A stretch of 64,000 nt of DNA from a virus: positions 1 to 64,000 of IMG/VR virus record IMGVR_UViG_3300005617_000004; one strand, given 5' to 3'. Made by a program: the position numbers and the translations under genes. Below the pieces are notes generated by a model that did not search any database, was not told the origin of the DNA, and was given only the letters and a program-made list of their open reading frames with translations. Of the stretch, positions 19,783-28,415 are shown piece by piece (position 1 is the stretch's first letter; every line of letters begins with the position of its first letter).

Positions 19783-20769
19783 GTGACCAAACCCTGGAAG
19801 CCCCGCTGTTCCTCTCTGGGCGCGTACTCCAACTGCCTGTGGCGCGCCGCGCAGGACCGTCTGGTGGCGATGGGTGAGCTGCCTCCACCCCCGCCGCAGG
19901 AGAGCACCGCCAACGCGTCGCTGGGCACCTGCGGTCACTTCACACTGCAGGACGGCCTGCGGTGTGAGTTCCCGAAGAAGTGGCTGAACGTCAACCTCGA
20001 CGAGTTCGCTGACTACCTCGACAAGGCCGAAGCCTCCAAGACCTTCGACCGCAACAACTGTTTGCCTGATCAGCTGGAGCTCCTCGACCTCGCCGACGAG
20101 TATTTCGCCGGCGACCTGTTTGAGGCGCATGCAGCCCTGGCCAAAGGCGACCCGCGCTGCTACCAGCCGACCAAGGCCGAGTGGGAAGACGCCGCCAAGC
20201 TGTGGAACGGCAACCTGGACCACACCCGGGAGCGCGTCCGGGCGACCGCGTCGCTGGCCGCCGCGCGCGTGCCTCCGCTGCCGAACGGTGAGACGTGGCT
20301 GGCCGAAGAGGAGTTCGAGAACGACTTCACGAGCGGCCACACCGATTTCCGGCGCCGCGACAACAGCGTGCTTGGCGACTTGAAGACCACCGGCAAGCCG
20401 CCGAAGGGCGGCTGGATGAAGCCTGACCACCTGATGCAGGTCACCGGCTATCACCTGCTGACCGGCGCGCCGCGCGCCTGGGTCCTGTACGTCGACTCAC
20501 TGAGGGCCGCATGGGTCAACGTGGTGTGGATCGACTACACCACCGACGCGATGAAGTTCTACGCCGAGCAGGTCGAGGCCTTCTGCCGGTTCCTGATGAG
20601 CGACAAGCTGCTGGACGTGTGCTTCCCCAACATCGGCGACCACTGCGTCACCAGCTGGTGCAAGTACCGGCACGAGTGCTACTCGCGTATCATGCCGCCG
20701 CCCGGGTCTCTTTACAATCTCTCAATAGCGCGTAAGAGTAGCGGACCGATTCGTCTCGTACCCCTCTAA
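19783..20769 (+). CDS. PD-(D/E)XK Cas4/RecB-like exonuclease
   Basis: GHTD...GDLKTT, Q..GY; Cys near N-terminus plus C-terminal C..WC.Y..EC. Confidence 0.75.
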   Translation: MTKPWKPRCSSLGAYSNCLWRAAQDRLVAMGELPPPPPQESTANASLGTCGHFTLQDGLRCEFPKKWLNVNLDEFADYLDKAEASKTFDRNNCLPDQLELLDLADEYFAGDLFEAHAALAKGDPRCYQPTKAEWEDAAKLWNGNLDHTRERVRATASLAAARVPPLPNGETWLAEEEFENDFTSGHTDFRRRDNSVLGDLKTTGKPPKGGWMKPDHLMQVTGYHLLTGAPRAWVLYVDSLRAAWVNVVWIDYTTDAMKFYAEQVEAFCRFLMSDKLLDVCFPNIGDHCVTSWCKYRHECYSRIMPPPGSLYNLSIARKSSGPIRLVPL

Positions 20770-20779
20770 GGAGTCTCTC

Positions 20780-21022
20780 GTGGCATCCAAACCCAAGAAG
20801 TCCGGCAAAGCTGTCAGCATCTGGGCGACACCTCCGGTGTTCGCCCTGTACAAGCGGGTCAGCAAAGCCTCCGGCGAACCCCTGTCCAAGCTGGTGCGTA
20901 TGCTGGTCGCCGCCTATGAGTCCGGCAAGGTCGCAGTCAACGGACTGCCCGTGCTGACCAAGCCGAAGAAGGCCAAGAAGCCGAAGAAGGCAGCGGCTGC
21001 CGCCGACGTCCAGACGGCCTGA
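20780..21022 (+). CDS. small basic RHH-like protein
   Basis: AAGGAG RBS; beta-helix-helix pattern. Confidence 0.5.
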   Translation: MASKPKKSGKAVSIWATPPVFALYKRVSKASGEPLSKLVRMLVAAYESGKVAVNGLPVLTKPKKAKKPKKAAAAADVQTA

Positions 21023-21023
21023 C

Positions 21024-21263
21024 ATGCCGGACACCGCCAACGCGGTGTCGGTGCAGCAGCTGTTCACGTACCTGCGCACGCGGCGCCGTCAGTGGCCGAT
21101 CGCGAAGATCGCGGCCGCAGCGAAGCTGCCGCGGTCGGTGGTGCGACAAGCCATCGACCGCGGCAACCCGAAGCTCAGCACCGTCCTGGCCATAGCAAAA
21201 GTGCTCGGTGGGGACGTGGTTGTGGTCATAACGCCAGGGCAGAACCAGCTACTTGACCCGTAA
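21024..21263 (+). CDS. XRE-family helix-turn-helix regulator
   Basis: IAAAAKL.RS.V....GNPKLSTVLAIAKVLG. Confidence 0.75.
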   Translation: MPDTANAVSVQQLFTYLRTRRRQWPIAKIAAAAKLPRSVVRQAIDRGNPKLSTVLAIAKVLGGDVVVVITPGQNQLLDP

Positions 21264-21287
21264 CCCGGCTGCGTTATGCAGTAACGC

Positions 21288-21689
21288 GTGACCCAGCCCG
21301 AAGCCAAGTTCAAGCGCAAGCTCAACGAAGCCTTCGAGCATGCGCATCCCGACGGGTGGCGTGCGTACGTCAAAGCCTTGGCCAAGAACGGCGTGCCGGA
21401 CCTGCACTACCAAGCCTGCGGTAAGGCCGGGGTGTGGGTCGAAGCGAAGGTCGGCGGCAACCCCCTCAGCAAGATCCAGCTGCACACCATCGGCAAGATG
21501 GTCGACGCCGGGGCCACCGTGAAGGTGCTGTCCCTGCTCAACCCCAGCGCCCCGAAGCCCGAGCGGCGCGTCAACATCTCCCGCGTGGGACGCCTCGGCG
21601 ACGGTCGCCATGGGGTGTTCGTCGACGTCGAGATGCCGCTCGCGGCGCTCGCCCACGCCTCCTTCTGGACCCAGGTGCTCGACCCATGA
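21288..21689 (+). CDS. VRR-NUC/Holliday junction resolvase-like nuclease
   Basis: E..F, GVPDL, WVEAK, LS.IQ motifs. Confidence 0.75.
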   Translation: MTQPEAKFKRKLNEAFEHAHPDGWRAYVKALAKNGVPDLHYQACGKAGVWVEAKVGGNPLSKIQLHTIGKMVDAGATVKVLSLLNPSAPKPERRVNISRVGRLGDGRHGVFVDVEMPLAALAHASFWTQVLDP

Positions 21690-22462
21690 ACATCTTCCAC
21701 CTACTCGGTGCGCTGCTTGGCGGCGTCGGCCTGACCGTTCTCCTGCTGTCGCTGAAGCAGGTGCGCATGCACTGCCCGGCATGGCTGCAGCGCGCGCTCG
21801 GCGAGACCCCGTGGGCCCCGGGCATCGCACGCCACATGCGCGCCGTACCGAACGGAGGCCTGCAGCCGACCCACGAGGTGTTCTTCGTGCCGCGGCAGGA
21901 CATCGCCGAGTGTGGGCTGCTGTGTCCGAAGTGCGGCACGGACGCGGCCGAGCGTGGCGACTTCTCGCGCGTCCTGCGCTCCTACGTCGACGGCCAGCCG
22001 AACGAAGTGCTGAAGTGTACGGGCCTGATCGACCCGGGTGACGGCACCAAGCCCGTACCGTGCCCGGCGTGGCTCGCCGCGTCGCCCAACACCGAGCATG
22101 GCGACGACCTGATCGAAGGCGACCCCGTCGAGTTCTACATGTTCTCGCGCATCAGCACCCAGCAGATGCTACGGGAGAAGTACGGCCTGGAGATCGGCGC
22201 CGACGACGCCGGGCTGCTGGCCGACCCCAAGGCACGGCCGGAGGGCGCGATCCCGGCTGCCGCGGTACTGGACTTCCCGTCCTACAATGCTGCCGTCGCC
22301 GCTGCGCAGCAGCACGAGGCTGCCGTGGTGAACGCCGCGCTGGCGGCCGAGGCCGAGCTCGTTGGCCAGACCAGCAAGCCTGCGCATAAGGCCATCACCC
22401 CTTTCACTGACGACGAGACGCGTCTGCTGCCCGTCATCCCCCCTCCGCCGAAGGATACCTGA
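21686..22462 (+). CDS. membrane-anchored Zn-ribbon protein
   Basis: N-terminal hydrophobic helix, CPKC and further Cys. Confidence 0.55.
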   Translation: MNIFHLLGALLGGVGLTVLLLSLKQVRMHCPAWLQRALGETPWAPGIARHMRAVPNGGLQPTHEVFFVPRQDIAECGLLCPKCGTDAAERGDFSRVLRSYVDGQPNEVLKCTGLIDPGDGTKPVPCPAWLAASPNTEHGDDLIEGDPVEFYMFSRISTQQMLREKYGLEIGADDAGLLADPKARPEGAIPAAAVLDFPSYNAAVAAAQQHEAAVVNAALAAEAELVGQTSKPAHKAITPFTDDETRLLPVIPPPPKDT

Positions 22463-22463
22463 C

Positions 22464-22853
22464 ATGGACATCTTCACCTATGACCCCGCCGGTATCGAGA
22501 CGCTCAACGCGTTCAACGCGCGCCTCGGCGCGTATGCTGCCGACAACGATGTGACCGGCGTGGTGTCGTCGACTCTCGGGTCGACGCTGCTGCTGTCGGT
22601 GACGGTGGCGGACGACATCCCGGCCCCGCTGCTGCTGCGCCCGTTTGTGGTGGCGGTGGCCCCCGACAGCGGCAAGCGGCTCGAGACCGACCTGTCGGCC
22701 ATCCTCGCCGCCATCAAGGCGGAGGACAAGGGCGACGTCATGTCGGTGCCGGTCGAATGCCGCGCCATCCCCGCGCCGGTGGCCGGCCAGCAGGACGGGT
22801 ACGTGCTGTTCCTGATCGCGGTCGGCGAGCTCGAAGAAGCTGAGGAGCCCTGA
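22464..22853 (+). CDS. hypothetical protein
   Basis: AAGGA RBS; tightly packed ORF. Confidence 0.6.
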   Translation: MDIFTYDPAGIETLNAFNARLGAYAADNDVTGVVSSTLGSTLLLSVTVADDIPAPLLLRPFVVAVAPDSGKRLETDLSAILAAIKAEDKGDVMSVPVECRAIPAPVAGQQDGYVLFLIAVGELEEAEEP

Positions 22854-22855
22854 CC

Positions 22856-23452
22856 GTGGGCCGCATCATTGACCCGACGAAGCCGCAGCCCGCGGCGCCG
22901 ACCCTGGAGCAGTGGCTGACCGCGTTCACCTGCATCCAGGAGTGTTCGGCCGACGCCGCCGACAACTCCGAGATCCGCAGGAGCGTCAGCGACAACGTCA
23001 AGATGCTGCGCGCCCGGGTGAAGGAGAACGCCGACCCGCAGGCCGAGCGGTTGCTGGCGTCACAGGAGCTGATCCAGCGGCAGATGTTCGCCCAGCGGCC
23101 GGAGATCAGCCGTCTGATCCTGGCCGAATGGCGTATCGCGATGGTCGACATCCGGGCTTACTGCTGGGACCTGACGCAGCCGGTCCACTACCACGAGGGC
23201 CCGGTCAAGGGCGGTGTCATCCTGTTCTGGCAGGGCGACGCGGGGCTGCAGGACAACAGCACCAAGACCCAGGTCAGCCGCCGCACCGCCCTGATGGCCA
23301 TCAAGTTCCTGAAGTTCGTGAAGGCCATGGGCGAGGAGTCGGACCCGATCAAGTACACGCAGCAGATGCTGGAGAAGCAGGGCATCACCGCCGACAACTT
23401 CCACCTGTACGCCGATCAGCTGGCGTTCCCGAACCCCTGGACCGCTCAGTGA
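22856..23452 (+). CDS. hypothetical protein
   Basis: GAGGAG RBS; GTGA overlap with recombinase. Confidence 0.6.
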   Translation: MGRIIDPTKPQPAAPTLEQWLTAFTCIQECSADAADNSEIRRSVSDNVKMLRARVKENADPQAERLLASQELIQRQMFAQRPEISRLILAEWRIAMVDIRAYCWDLTQPVHYHEGPVKGGVILFWQGDAGLQDNSTKTQVSRRTALMAIKFLKFVKAMGEESDPIKYTQQMLEKQGITADNFHLYADQLAFPNPWTAQ

Positions 23453-24411
23453 TCTTGACCACCGAGGCAGACCTGCACCGCAGCCTCGCCGCCGCCATCA
23501 AGAGCGGGGTGTGGGGCTACGTGCGCGTGTCGACCGACAAGCAGGAGGAGGGTCAGTCGCCGGAAGCCCAGCAGGACGAGATCCGGGCCTACTGCGCCTC
23601 CGTGTTCCCCGACATGACGGTGACGATCGTGCAGGAGGCCGCCAGCGCCGCGTTGCCGATGTTCTCGGTCGCGCTGCCGGGCATGAAGGCGACGGGCCCT
23701 ACCTCCATCACCGAGGCGCCACGCCCGCTGCTGGGCATCTTGCTGGCGTCGCTGTGCGACCGGCCCGGGTCGCATCTGGTGGTGTGGAAGCTCGACCGTC
23801 TGGCCCGCGTGGCGACCGAGCAGGAGATGTTCCTGTCGCTGCTGCGCCGCAATCAGGTGACGGTCCACACGGCCTATGCCGGTGAGCGGCATCTGGTGGA
23901 GGGCACCGCCTCCGCCGACCAGGACCCGGTGCGGCACCTGATGCGGCAGATCCTGGCGTGCTTCGCCGAGTACGAGCGACGCATGATCCATATGCGCATG
24001 AGCATGGGCACCCGCAAGAAGGCGTCCAAGGGCGGCTACTGCGGCGGCAACACGCCGTACGGGTACGAGGTGCAGGGCGGCGAGCTGAAGATCAACCCGG
24101 TGCAGGCACCGGTGGTGGTCGACGTGTTCCGGATGCGGGACCTGTATGCCTACACCTACAAGATGATCGGCGAATCCTTGATGTTGAACCGCGGGCTGGC
24201 CGGGTTCCACAAGGTGAAGGTGCTGCGCATCATTGGCCACCGGCGTTTGTACAGCGGCCTGTACACCGACCCTTTCGGCAAGGAGCACCTGCGGCTCGAC
24301 CTCAAGATCCTGCCCGACTCCTGGGAGCGACGGCCCGACGAGATCCTGCCGCTGGCCCCCGCAGCCGCATCCACCCCTGACGACGAGGTACCTGACTATG
24401 GCAGCGAATGA
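23449..24411 (+). CDS. serine recombinase (resolvase domain plus recombinase domain)
   Basis: GYVRVSTDKQ, VWKLDRLAR, FAEYER..I..R, GG.TPYGY. Confidence 0.9.
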   Translation: MILTTEADLHRSLAAAIKSGVWGYVRVSTDKQEEGQSPEAQQDEIRAYCASVFPDMTVTIVQEAASAALPMFSVALPGMKATGPTSITEAPRPLLGILLASLCDRPGSHLVVWKLDRLARVATEQEMFLSLLRRNQVTVHTAYAGERHLVEGTASADQDPVRHLMRQILACFAEYERRMIHMRMSMGTRKKASKGGYCGGNTPYGYEVQGGELKINPVQAPVVVDVFRMRDLYAYTYKMIGESLMLNRGLAGFHKVKVLRIIGHRRLYSGLYTDPFGKEHLRLDLKILPDSWERRPDEILPLAPAAASTPDDEVPDYGSE

Positions 24412-24809
24412 TGACATCGAGCAGCTGAGCAACGCGCTGGAGACCATCGCCGGTGACCTGTTGAACGGCGACGGGTTCGCGATCCCGCTGACCAAGGTGC
24501 TGGGAGCAGTCACCGCAGGCAAGCGCCTCGCAGGCGTCGACGGGGCCGGCAAGGAAGTGTTCAAGCGGTTCTTCGGCAACCTCGTGAAGGACCACCCGGA
24601 GGTGATCGACCTCGCGTTCGCTGGCATGAGCGAGGTCGCGAAGACCCGGATCCGCAAGCTGGCGGGCGAACCTGAGATGAAGGACGCCGAGACGGCATGA
24701 GCCAGAACGGCAAAGGTTCGGCGCCGCGTCAACGGTCGAAGGCCGAGCGGGTGAAGTTCGAGAACGAGTACGACCGTATTTTCCGCAAGAAGCGGCGAAA
24801 GACCAAACG

Positions 24810-25328
24810 ATGATCGCCGCCCTGCTGTGTCCAGGCCCCTCCCTCGCCGACACCTGCGTGTCGGACGTGTCGCTCGGCGTGTTCGACGTGGTGATCGCGG
24901 TCAACCGCGCGATCATGCTGCGACCCGGCATCGAGAAGCTGATCCACTGGCACGCCTGTGGGGACTGGGACACCCTGTACTCGATCCCGTCGAAGCCGAC
25001 GGTCGGCATCTGCTCCCAGCGCGACGTGGCGCGGATCACGCAGAACGGGCAGCACGCGTCGTTCTATGCCGGACTGCGCTGGGAGGCATGGGAAGACCTG
25101 GGCGTGTCGCCGGGCTACTCGACGATCGCGGGTATCGCTTTGGCGGCGAAGCTCGGCGCGGAGCACCTCGTGGTGTTCGGTGACGACAAGAACGGGTTGT
25201 TCGACTGGGACGGGACGCCCGGCCGGCTGCGGAACGGCGACCGGTGGGACAAGGAGCGCACGCTGCAGGACCGGGCCATCGCGAAGCTGAAGCTCGACGT
25301 CCGGTACGTCAGCAAGGTGGCGGTATGA
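24810..25328 (+). CDS. glycosyltransferase/MptE-like Rossmann protein
   Basis: PGPSL, VIAVN, GA..LVVFG.D motifs. Confidence 0.55.
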   Translation: MIAALLCPGPSLADTCVSDVSLGVFDVVIAVNRAIMLRPGIEKLIHWHACGDWDTLYSIPSKPTVGICSQRDVARITQNGQHASFYAGLRWEAWEDLGVSPGYSTIAGIALAAKLGAEHLVVFGDDKNGLFDWDGTPGRLRNGDRWDKERTLQDRAIAKLKLDVRYVSKVAV

Positions 25329-25909
25329 CCAAGGACCTGCCGTACGTGGTGTGTGCGTTCTACACCGACGACGACATCTACCGCGGCTATGCGGAGACGC
25401 TGCGCGAGTCGCTGGTCGCGCACCAGCTGCCGCACGACATCACCAAGCTGCCGGCCGACCACTTCAAGGGGCACTGGAAGGCAGCGTGCCGGTGGAAGCC
25501 GCGGTTCATCGCTGCCATGCTGCTGCGGCACTGCTTGAAGGACGTGCTGTATCTCGACGCGGACGCGGCGGTGCTGTCGCACCCGACGCTGTTCGACCGG
25601 TTTGAAGGGGACCTCGGCGTGCATCTGCGGCCTCCTGGCGAGCTGTTCGCGTCGACGATCTACGTGAAGAACAGCGACGCGGGGCAGAAGGCCGTCATGC
25701 GTTGGTGGGAGCACGTCGAGCAAGACGAGAAGAACGACGACCAGACCATGCTGCAGCGCACGGTCGACGAGCTGCGCGGAGAGGTTTCCGTCGTCAATCT
25801 CCCATCGACCTACGCCTACAAGTTCGCCCAGTCACCCGCCGAGGCGGTGATCGGGCAGTATCAGGCGAGTCGCAGGGTGCGGGCGCTGAACGGCGGGAAG
25901 GCGCCGTGA
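25325..25909 (+). CDS. nucleotide-diphospho-sugar transferase (GT-A)
   Basis: WKP.FI, VLYLDADA, DDQ..L motifs. Confidence 0.75.
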   Translation: MTKDLPYVVCAFYTDDDIYRGYAETLRESLVAHQLPHDITKLPADHFKGHWKAACRWKPRFIAAMLLRHCLKDVLYLDADAAVLSHPTLFDRFEGDLGVHLRPPGELFASTIYVKNSDAGQKAVMRWWEHVEQDEKNDDQTMLQRTVDELRGEVSVVNLPSTYAYKFAQSPAEAVIGQYQASRRVRALNGGKAP

Positions 25910-26586
25910 TCCGCGTCTACATCGGCACGCAGCCCGAGCAGAAGCTCGCCTGTGAGGTGCTGAAGTATTCGATCACTGCGCGTGCGACGGAGCCAGTGTC
26001 GTTCTTCGAGATCACCGACAAGACCAACCGCTACGCGATGACGGGCTTCTCCTTCGCGCGCTGGTACGTGCCGAAGTTGGCGAAAGAAAACGGCGATCAG
26101 ACGGCGATCTACATGGACGCCGACATCGTCGTGCTCGGCGACATCGCGGCCCTTGAGCACGCTGCTGGCGAGAAGCCCACGCTCGCGCGGCCGACATCCG
26201 ATGGGCGGTACTTCACCAGCGTGATGCGACTCAACATCGCGCGCATCAACTGGGATGTGGGCGGTCTTCTCGTCGACGGATTCGCCGGGCTGCCCGAGTG
26301 GCTGCACAACGCAATCATGTGGGCCGCGTCGAACTCTCCGTGGCGCGCCGACTTCGGCGAACTTAGCGCGCGCTGGAACGACCTGGACTTGGTGAAGGAT
26401 GGTACGCAAGCATTGCACTACACCGACCTCAAGCGGCAGCCCTGGCGGTATGCGGGGCACCCGTTTGGCTACGTGTGGCAAGCCGAGTTGAAGTCGGCGC
26501 TTGCAGACAAAGCGATCTCGATGGCGCTGGTGCAGGACGAGATCGCGAGGGGGCACGTGCGCGGCGATGTGCTGACGGTGACCTGA
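25906..26586 (+). CDS. glycosyltransferase family 8-like
   Basis: T.FSFARW.VP, AIYMDAD, WN.LD, LHYT...QPW. Confidence 0.8.
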   Translation: MIRVYIGTQPEQKLACEVLKYSITARATEPVSFFEITDKTNRYAMTGFSFARWYVPKLAKENGDQTAIYMDADIVVLGDIAALEHAAGEKPTLARPTSDGRYFTSVMRLNIARINWDVGGLLVDGFAGLPEWLHNAIMWAASNSPWRADFGELSARWNDLDLVKDGTQALHYTDLKRQPWRYAGHPFGYVWQAELKSALADKAISMALVQDEIARGHVRGDVLTVT

Positions 26587-26645
26587 TATTGCGCGGACAA
26601 GAGCGCCGCGCGCACTATCGGGTCATCGGCGCTGAAGAAGACCCC

Positions 26646-26672
26646 TTGACACCCTAGCGGGCTCGATAGTGT
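26646..26672 (+). promoter_or_regulatory. promoter of tRNA array 1
   Basis: TTGACA and TAGTGT (15-bp spacer); leader ATG 7 nt downstream, i.e. near-leaderless. Confidence 0.6.
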
Positions 26673-26679
26673 CGCGGGC

Positions 26680-26808
26680 ATGGACCTCATACTCCCATCC
26701 AGCAGAACAGCGAAAGCAATGACGTGGCATCGCCCCGTCGTGGCCGGTTGCTTTATTGCTGGTGATCGCACCGGCAATGAAAAGCCGGGACGGTTCGGGG
26801 GTTCGTGA
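26680..26808 (+). CDS. attenuator leader peptide 1 (MDLILPSSRTAKAMTWHRPVVAGCFIAGDRTGNEKPGRFGGS)
   Basis: 42 codons, 37 distinct; lies between promoter and terminator; its end overlaps the antiterminator. Confidence 0.75.
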   Translation: MDLILPSSRTAKAMTWHRPVVAGCFIAGDRTGNEKPGRFGGS

Positions 26809-26874
26809 GGCACTAGGACCGTAAGTCCACCCTCTCCGAACCCCGGGCCCGCAAAGGCTCGGGGTTTTTCTTTC
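26798..26874 (+). terminator. attenuator 1: antiterminator/terminator
   Basis: terminator AACCCCGGGCC-CGCAAA-GGCTCGGGGTT+TTTCTTT (26839-26873); GGGGTTCG (26798) pairs with CGAACCCC (26837). Confidence 0.85.
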
Positions 26875-26900
26875 TATAACTCTATACTGTGGCCTGTCAC

Positions 26901-26974
26901 GGCTGAGTCGCTCAACGGCAGGGCGCACGTTTGAAACACGTGAGACGGTGGTTCGACTCCACCTTCAGCCACCA
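26901..26974 (+). tRNA. tRNA-Phe(GAA)
   Basis: cloverleaf, loop TTGAAAC, CCA. Confidence 0.9.
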
Positions 26975-26977
26975 TAT

Positions 26978-27053
26978 TGGTGTGAAGCATAACGGGTTAT
27001 GCACCTCTCTGTTAAAGAGGACCAACGGGGTTCGAGTCCCTGCGCACCAGCCA
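26978..27053 (+). tRNA. tRNA-Asn(GTT)
   Basis: cloverleaf, loop CTGTTAA, CCA. Confidence 0.9.
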
Positions 27054-27082
27054 TTTTCTTACGTAGCAGTATTTCTTGTTAC

Positions 27083-27157
27083 GCGGTCGTAACTCAATCG
27101 GAAGAGTCCCGCCTTCTAAGCGGAGAGATACGGGTTCGAGCCCTGTCGGCCGCGCCA
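27083..27157 (+). tRNA. tRNA-Arg(TCT)
   Basis: cloverleaf, loop CTTCTAA, CCA. Confidence 0.9.
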
Positions 27158-27161
27158 TTCT

Positions 27162-27233
27162 CGCGTCGTAGCTCAGCGGAAGAGCAGCTCGGTCCTAACG
27201 AGAAGGCCAGAGGTTCGATCCCTCTCGACGCGG
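27162..27233 (+). tRNA. tRNA-Arg(CCT)
   Basis: cloverleaf, loop GTCCTAA; CTA instead of CCA. Confidence 0.8.
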
Positions 27234-27242
27234 CTATTTCAC

Positions 27243-27318
27243 GGTCCTATCGTCTAGCAGCCTAGGATGACTGGTTCTCAGCCAGTAGACACGAGTGCGA
27301 ACCTCGTTAGGACTACCA
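27243..27318 (+). tRNA. tRNA-Glu(CTC)
   Basis: cloverleaf, loop TTCTCAG, CCA. Confidence 0.88.
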
Positions 27319-27320
27319 TC

Positions 27321-27484
27321 GCCAGTGCAGCACGGAAGGACGTGCAAACAAGTGCAACGCTTATCAGGATCGACCGGCGGCCGACGGGCGCCTGCATCAT
27401 GAATAATGGGCACAGTAGGTCCCTCCCTGGACGTGTCACCCAATAGCCCGACGGGGCAGCCGGTGTCGAACCCGGCCACTGGCC
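27321..27484 (+). ncRNA. tRNA-like RNA with ~110-nt insert replacing the anticodon arm
   Basis: acceptor GCCAGTG/CACTGGC, D arm GCAC/GTGC, T arm GCCGG/CCGGC. Confidence 0.6.
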
Positions 27485-27589
27485 TTTTTCAGCGCGCCCC
27501 TGCTCCGGGGGCCTTCTCAGCGCGACAGTCAGGCGATACGAGGAGTACGCCGTGTACGAAAGCATAAGCTGTCATGGAGACTTCTTCAC

Positions 27590-27661
27590 GGCGCTATCGT
27601 CCAACCGGAAGGATACGAGGCCTTCAACCTCACGATGTCGGTTCGACTCCGACTAGCGCTA
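27590..27661 (+). tRNA. tRNA-Glu(TTC)
   Basis: cloverleaf, loop CCTTCAA. Confidence 0.82.
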
Positions 27662-27670
27662 CTTTTCCAC

Positions 27671-27746
27671 GCCCGAATAGATCAATGGATAGATCGCGAC
27701 GCTACGGACGTCGAGGCTGAAGGTTCGAGTCCTTCTTCGGGTACCA
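27671..27746 (+). tRNA. tRNA-Arg(ACG)
   Basis: cloverleaf, loop CTACGGA, CCA. Confidence 0.9.
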
Positions 27747-27752
27747 CTTCAC

Positions 27753-27827
27753 GCGGGATTAGGTCAGTGGCAGACCGTCTCTTTTACATGGAGAATGCCG
27801 GGGGTTCGATTCCCTCATCCCGTACCA
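27753..27827 (+). tRNA. tRNA-Val(TAC)
   Basis: cloverleaf, loop TTTACAT, CCA. Confidence 0.9.
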
Positions 27828-27834
27828 GTTTCAA

Positions 27835-27910
27835 TGGTCTGTAGCTCATCGGCCAGAGCGCTTCCCTGACACGGAAGAGGCAGTGAGTTCAATTCTCGCC
27901 AGACCAACCA
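27835..27910 (+). tRNA. tRNA-Val(GAC)
   Basis: cloverleaf, loop CTGACAC, CCA. Confidence 0.9.
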
Positions 27911-27970
27911 ACGGTCTGCGGTGGCCACCGCAGCGTAAGCCCGGGAGTGATTCTCGGGGCCACGTTTCAT

Positions 27971-28045
27971 GGGGGCTTAGTGATAATGGTAGCACGTCTG
28001 CCTTGCAAGCAAACAGCGGGAGTTCGATTCTCCCAGCCTCCACCA
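27971..28045 (+). tRNA. tRNA-Ala(TGC)
   Basis: cloverleaf, loop CTTGCAA, G3:U70, CCA. Confidence 0.9.
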
Positions 28046-28096
28046 GATCCGCTTACCGCCCCTGGTCACGGATGTAAAACTCAGACCGGGGCACCT

Positions 28097-28171
28097 GTCT
28101 CCATAGTCCAGCGGAACGGACACTTCCCTGTCACGGAAGAAACCCGAGTTCGACTCTCGGTGGGGACGCCA
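28097..28171 (+). tRNA. tRNA-Asp(GTC)
   Basis: cloverleaf, loop CTGTCAC, G73, CCA. Confidence 0.9.
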
Positions 28172-28176
28172 TTTAC

Positions 28177-28253
28177 CGGAATGTAGCTCAGTCTAGTAGA
28201 GCGCTTGCTTCGGGAGCAAGAGGCCGTGGGAGCAAAGCCCGCCATTCCGACCA
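28177..28253 (+). tRNA. tRNA-Pro(CGG)
   Basis: cloverleaf, loop TTCGGGA; atypical T loop AGCAAAG. Confidence 0.85.
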
Positions 28254-28260
28254 TTCACAT

Positions 28261-28337
28261 CAGACCGTAGCTCAGCCTAGGAGAGCGCCACTTTGGGGTA
28301 GTGGAGGTCGCAGGCGCACATCCTGTCGGTCTGACCA
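28261..28337 (+). tRNA. tRNA-Pro(GGG)
   Basis: cloverleaf, loop TTGGGGT; atypical T loop CGCACAT. Confidence 0.85.
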
Positions 28338-28343
28338 TTTTCA

Positions 28344-28415
28344 GGGGGAGATCCGGGTCCGAATCCCGGTCTCGCGGCGACGGTCGCGAGTCTCGTCTAA
28401 CGGTAGGACGCCCCC
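28344..28415 (+). ncRNA. circularly permuted tRNA-like RNA (T arm, closed acceptor hairpin, D arm)
   Basis: GGGGG...CCGGG-TCCGAAT-CCCGG, CTCGCGGC-GACG-GTCGCGAG, GTCTAACGGTAGGAC, CCCCC. Confidence 0.65.

Noticed and set aside
23449-24411. att site or invertible segment for the recombinase
   Set aside because: No flanking repeats or host junction identifiable by eye.
27344-27406. ANKCNAYQ... reading frame resembling a tmRNA tag
   Set aside because: RNA is only ~165 nt, has a D stem, no G3:U70, and the peptide lacks a hydrophobic/AA C-terminus.
27510-27575. Hammerhead ribozyme
   Set aside because: GAAA is present but the CUGANGA core is absent.
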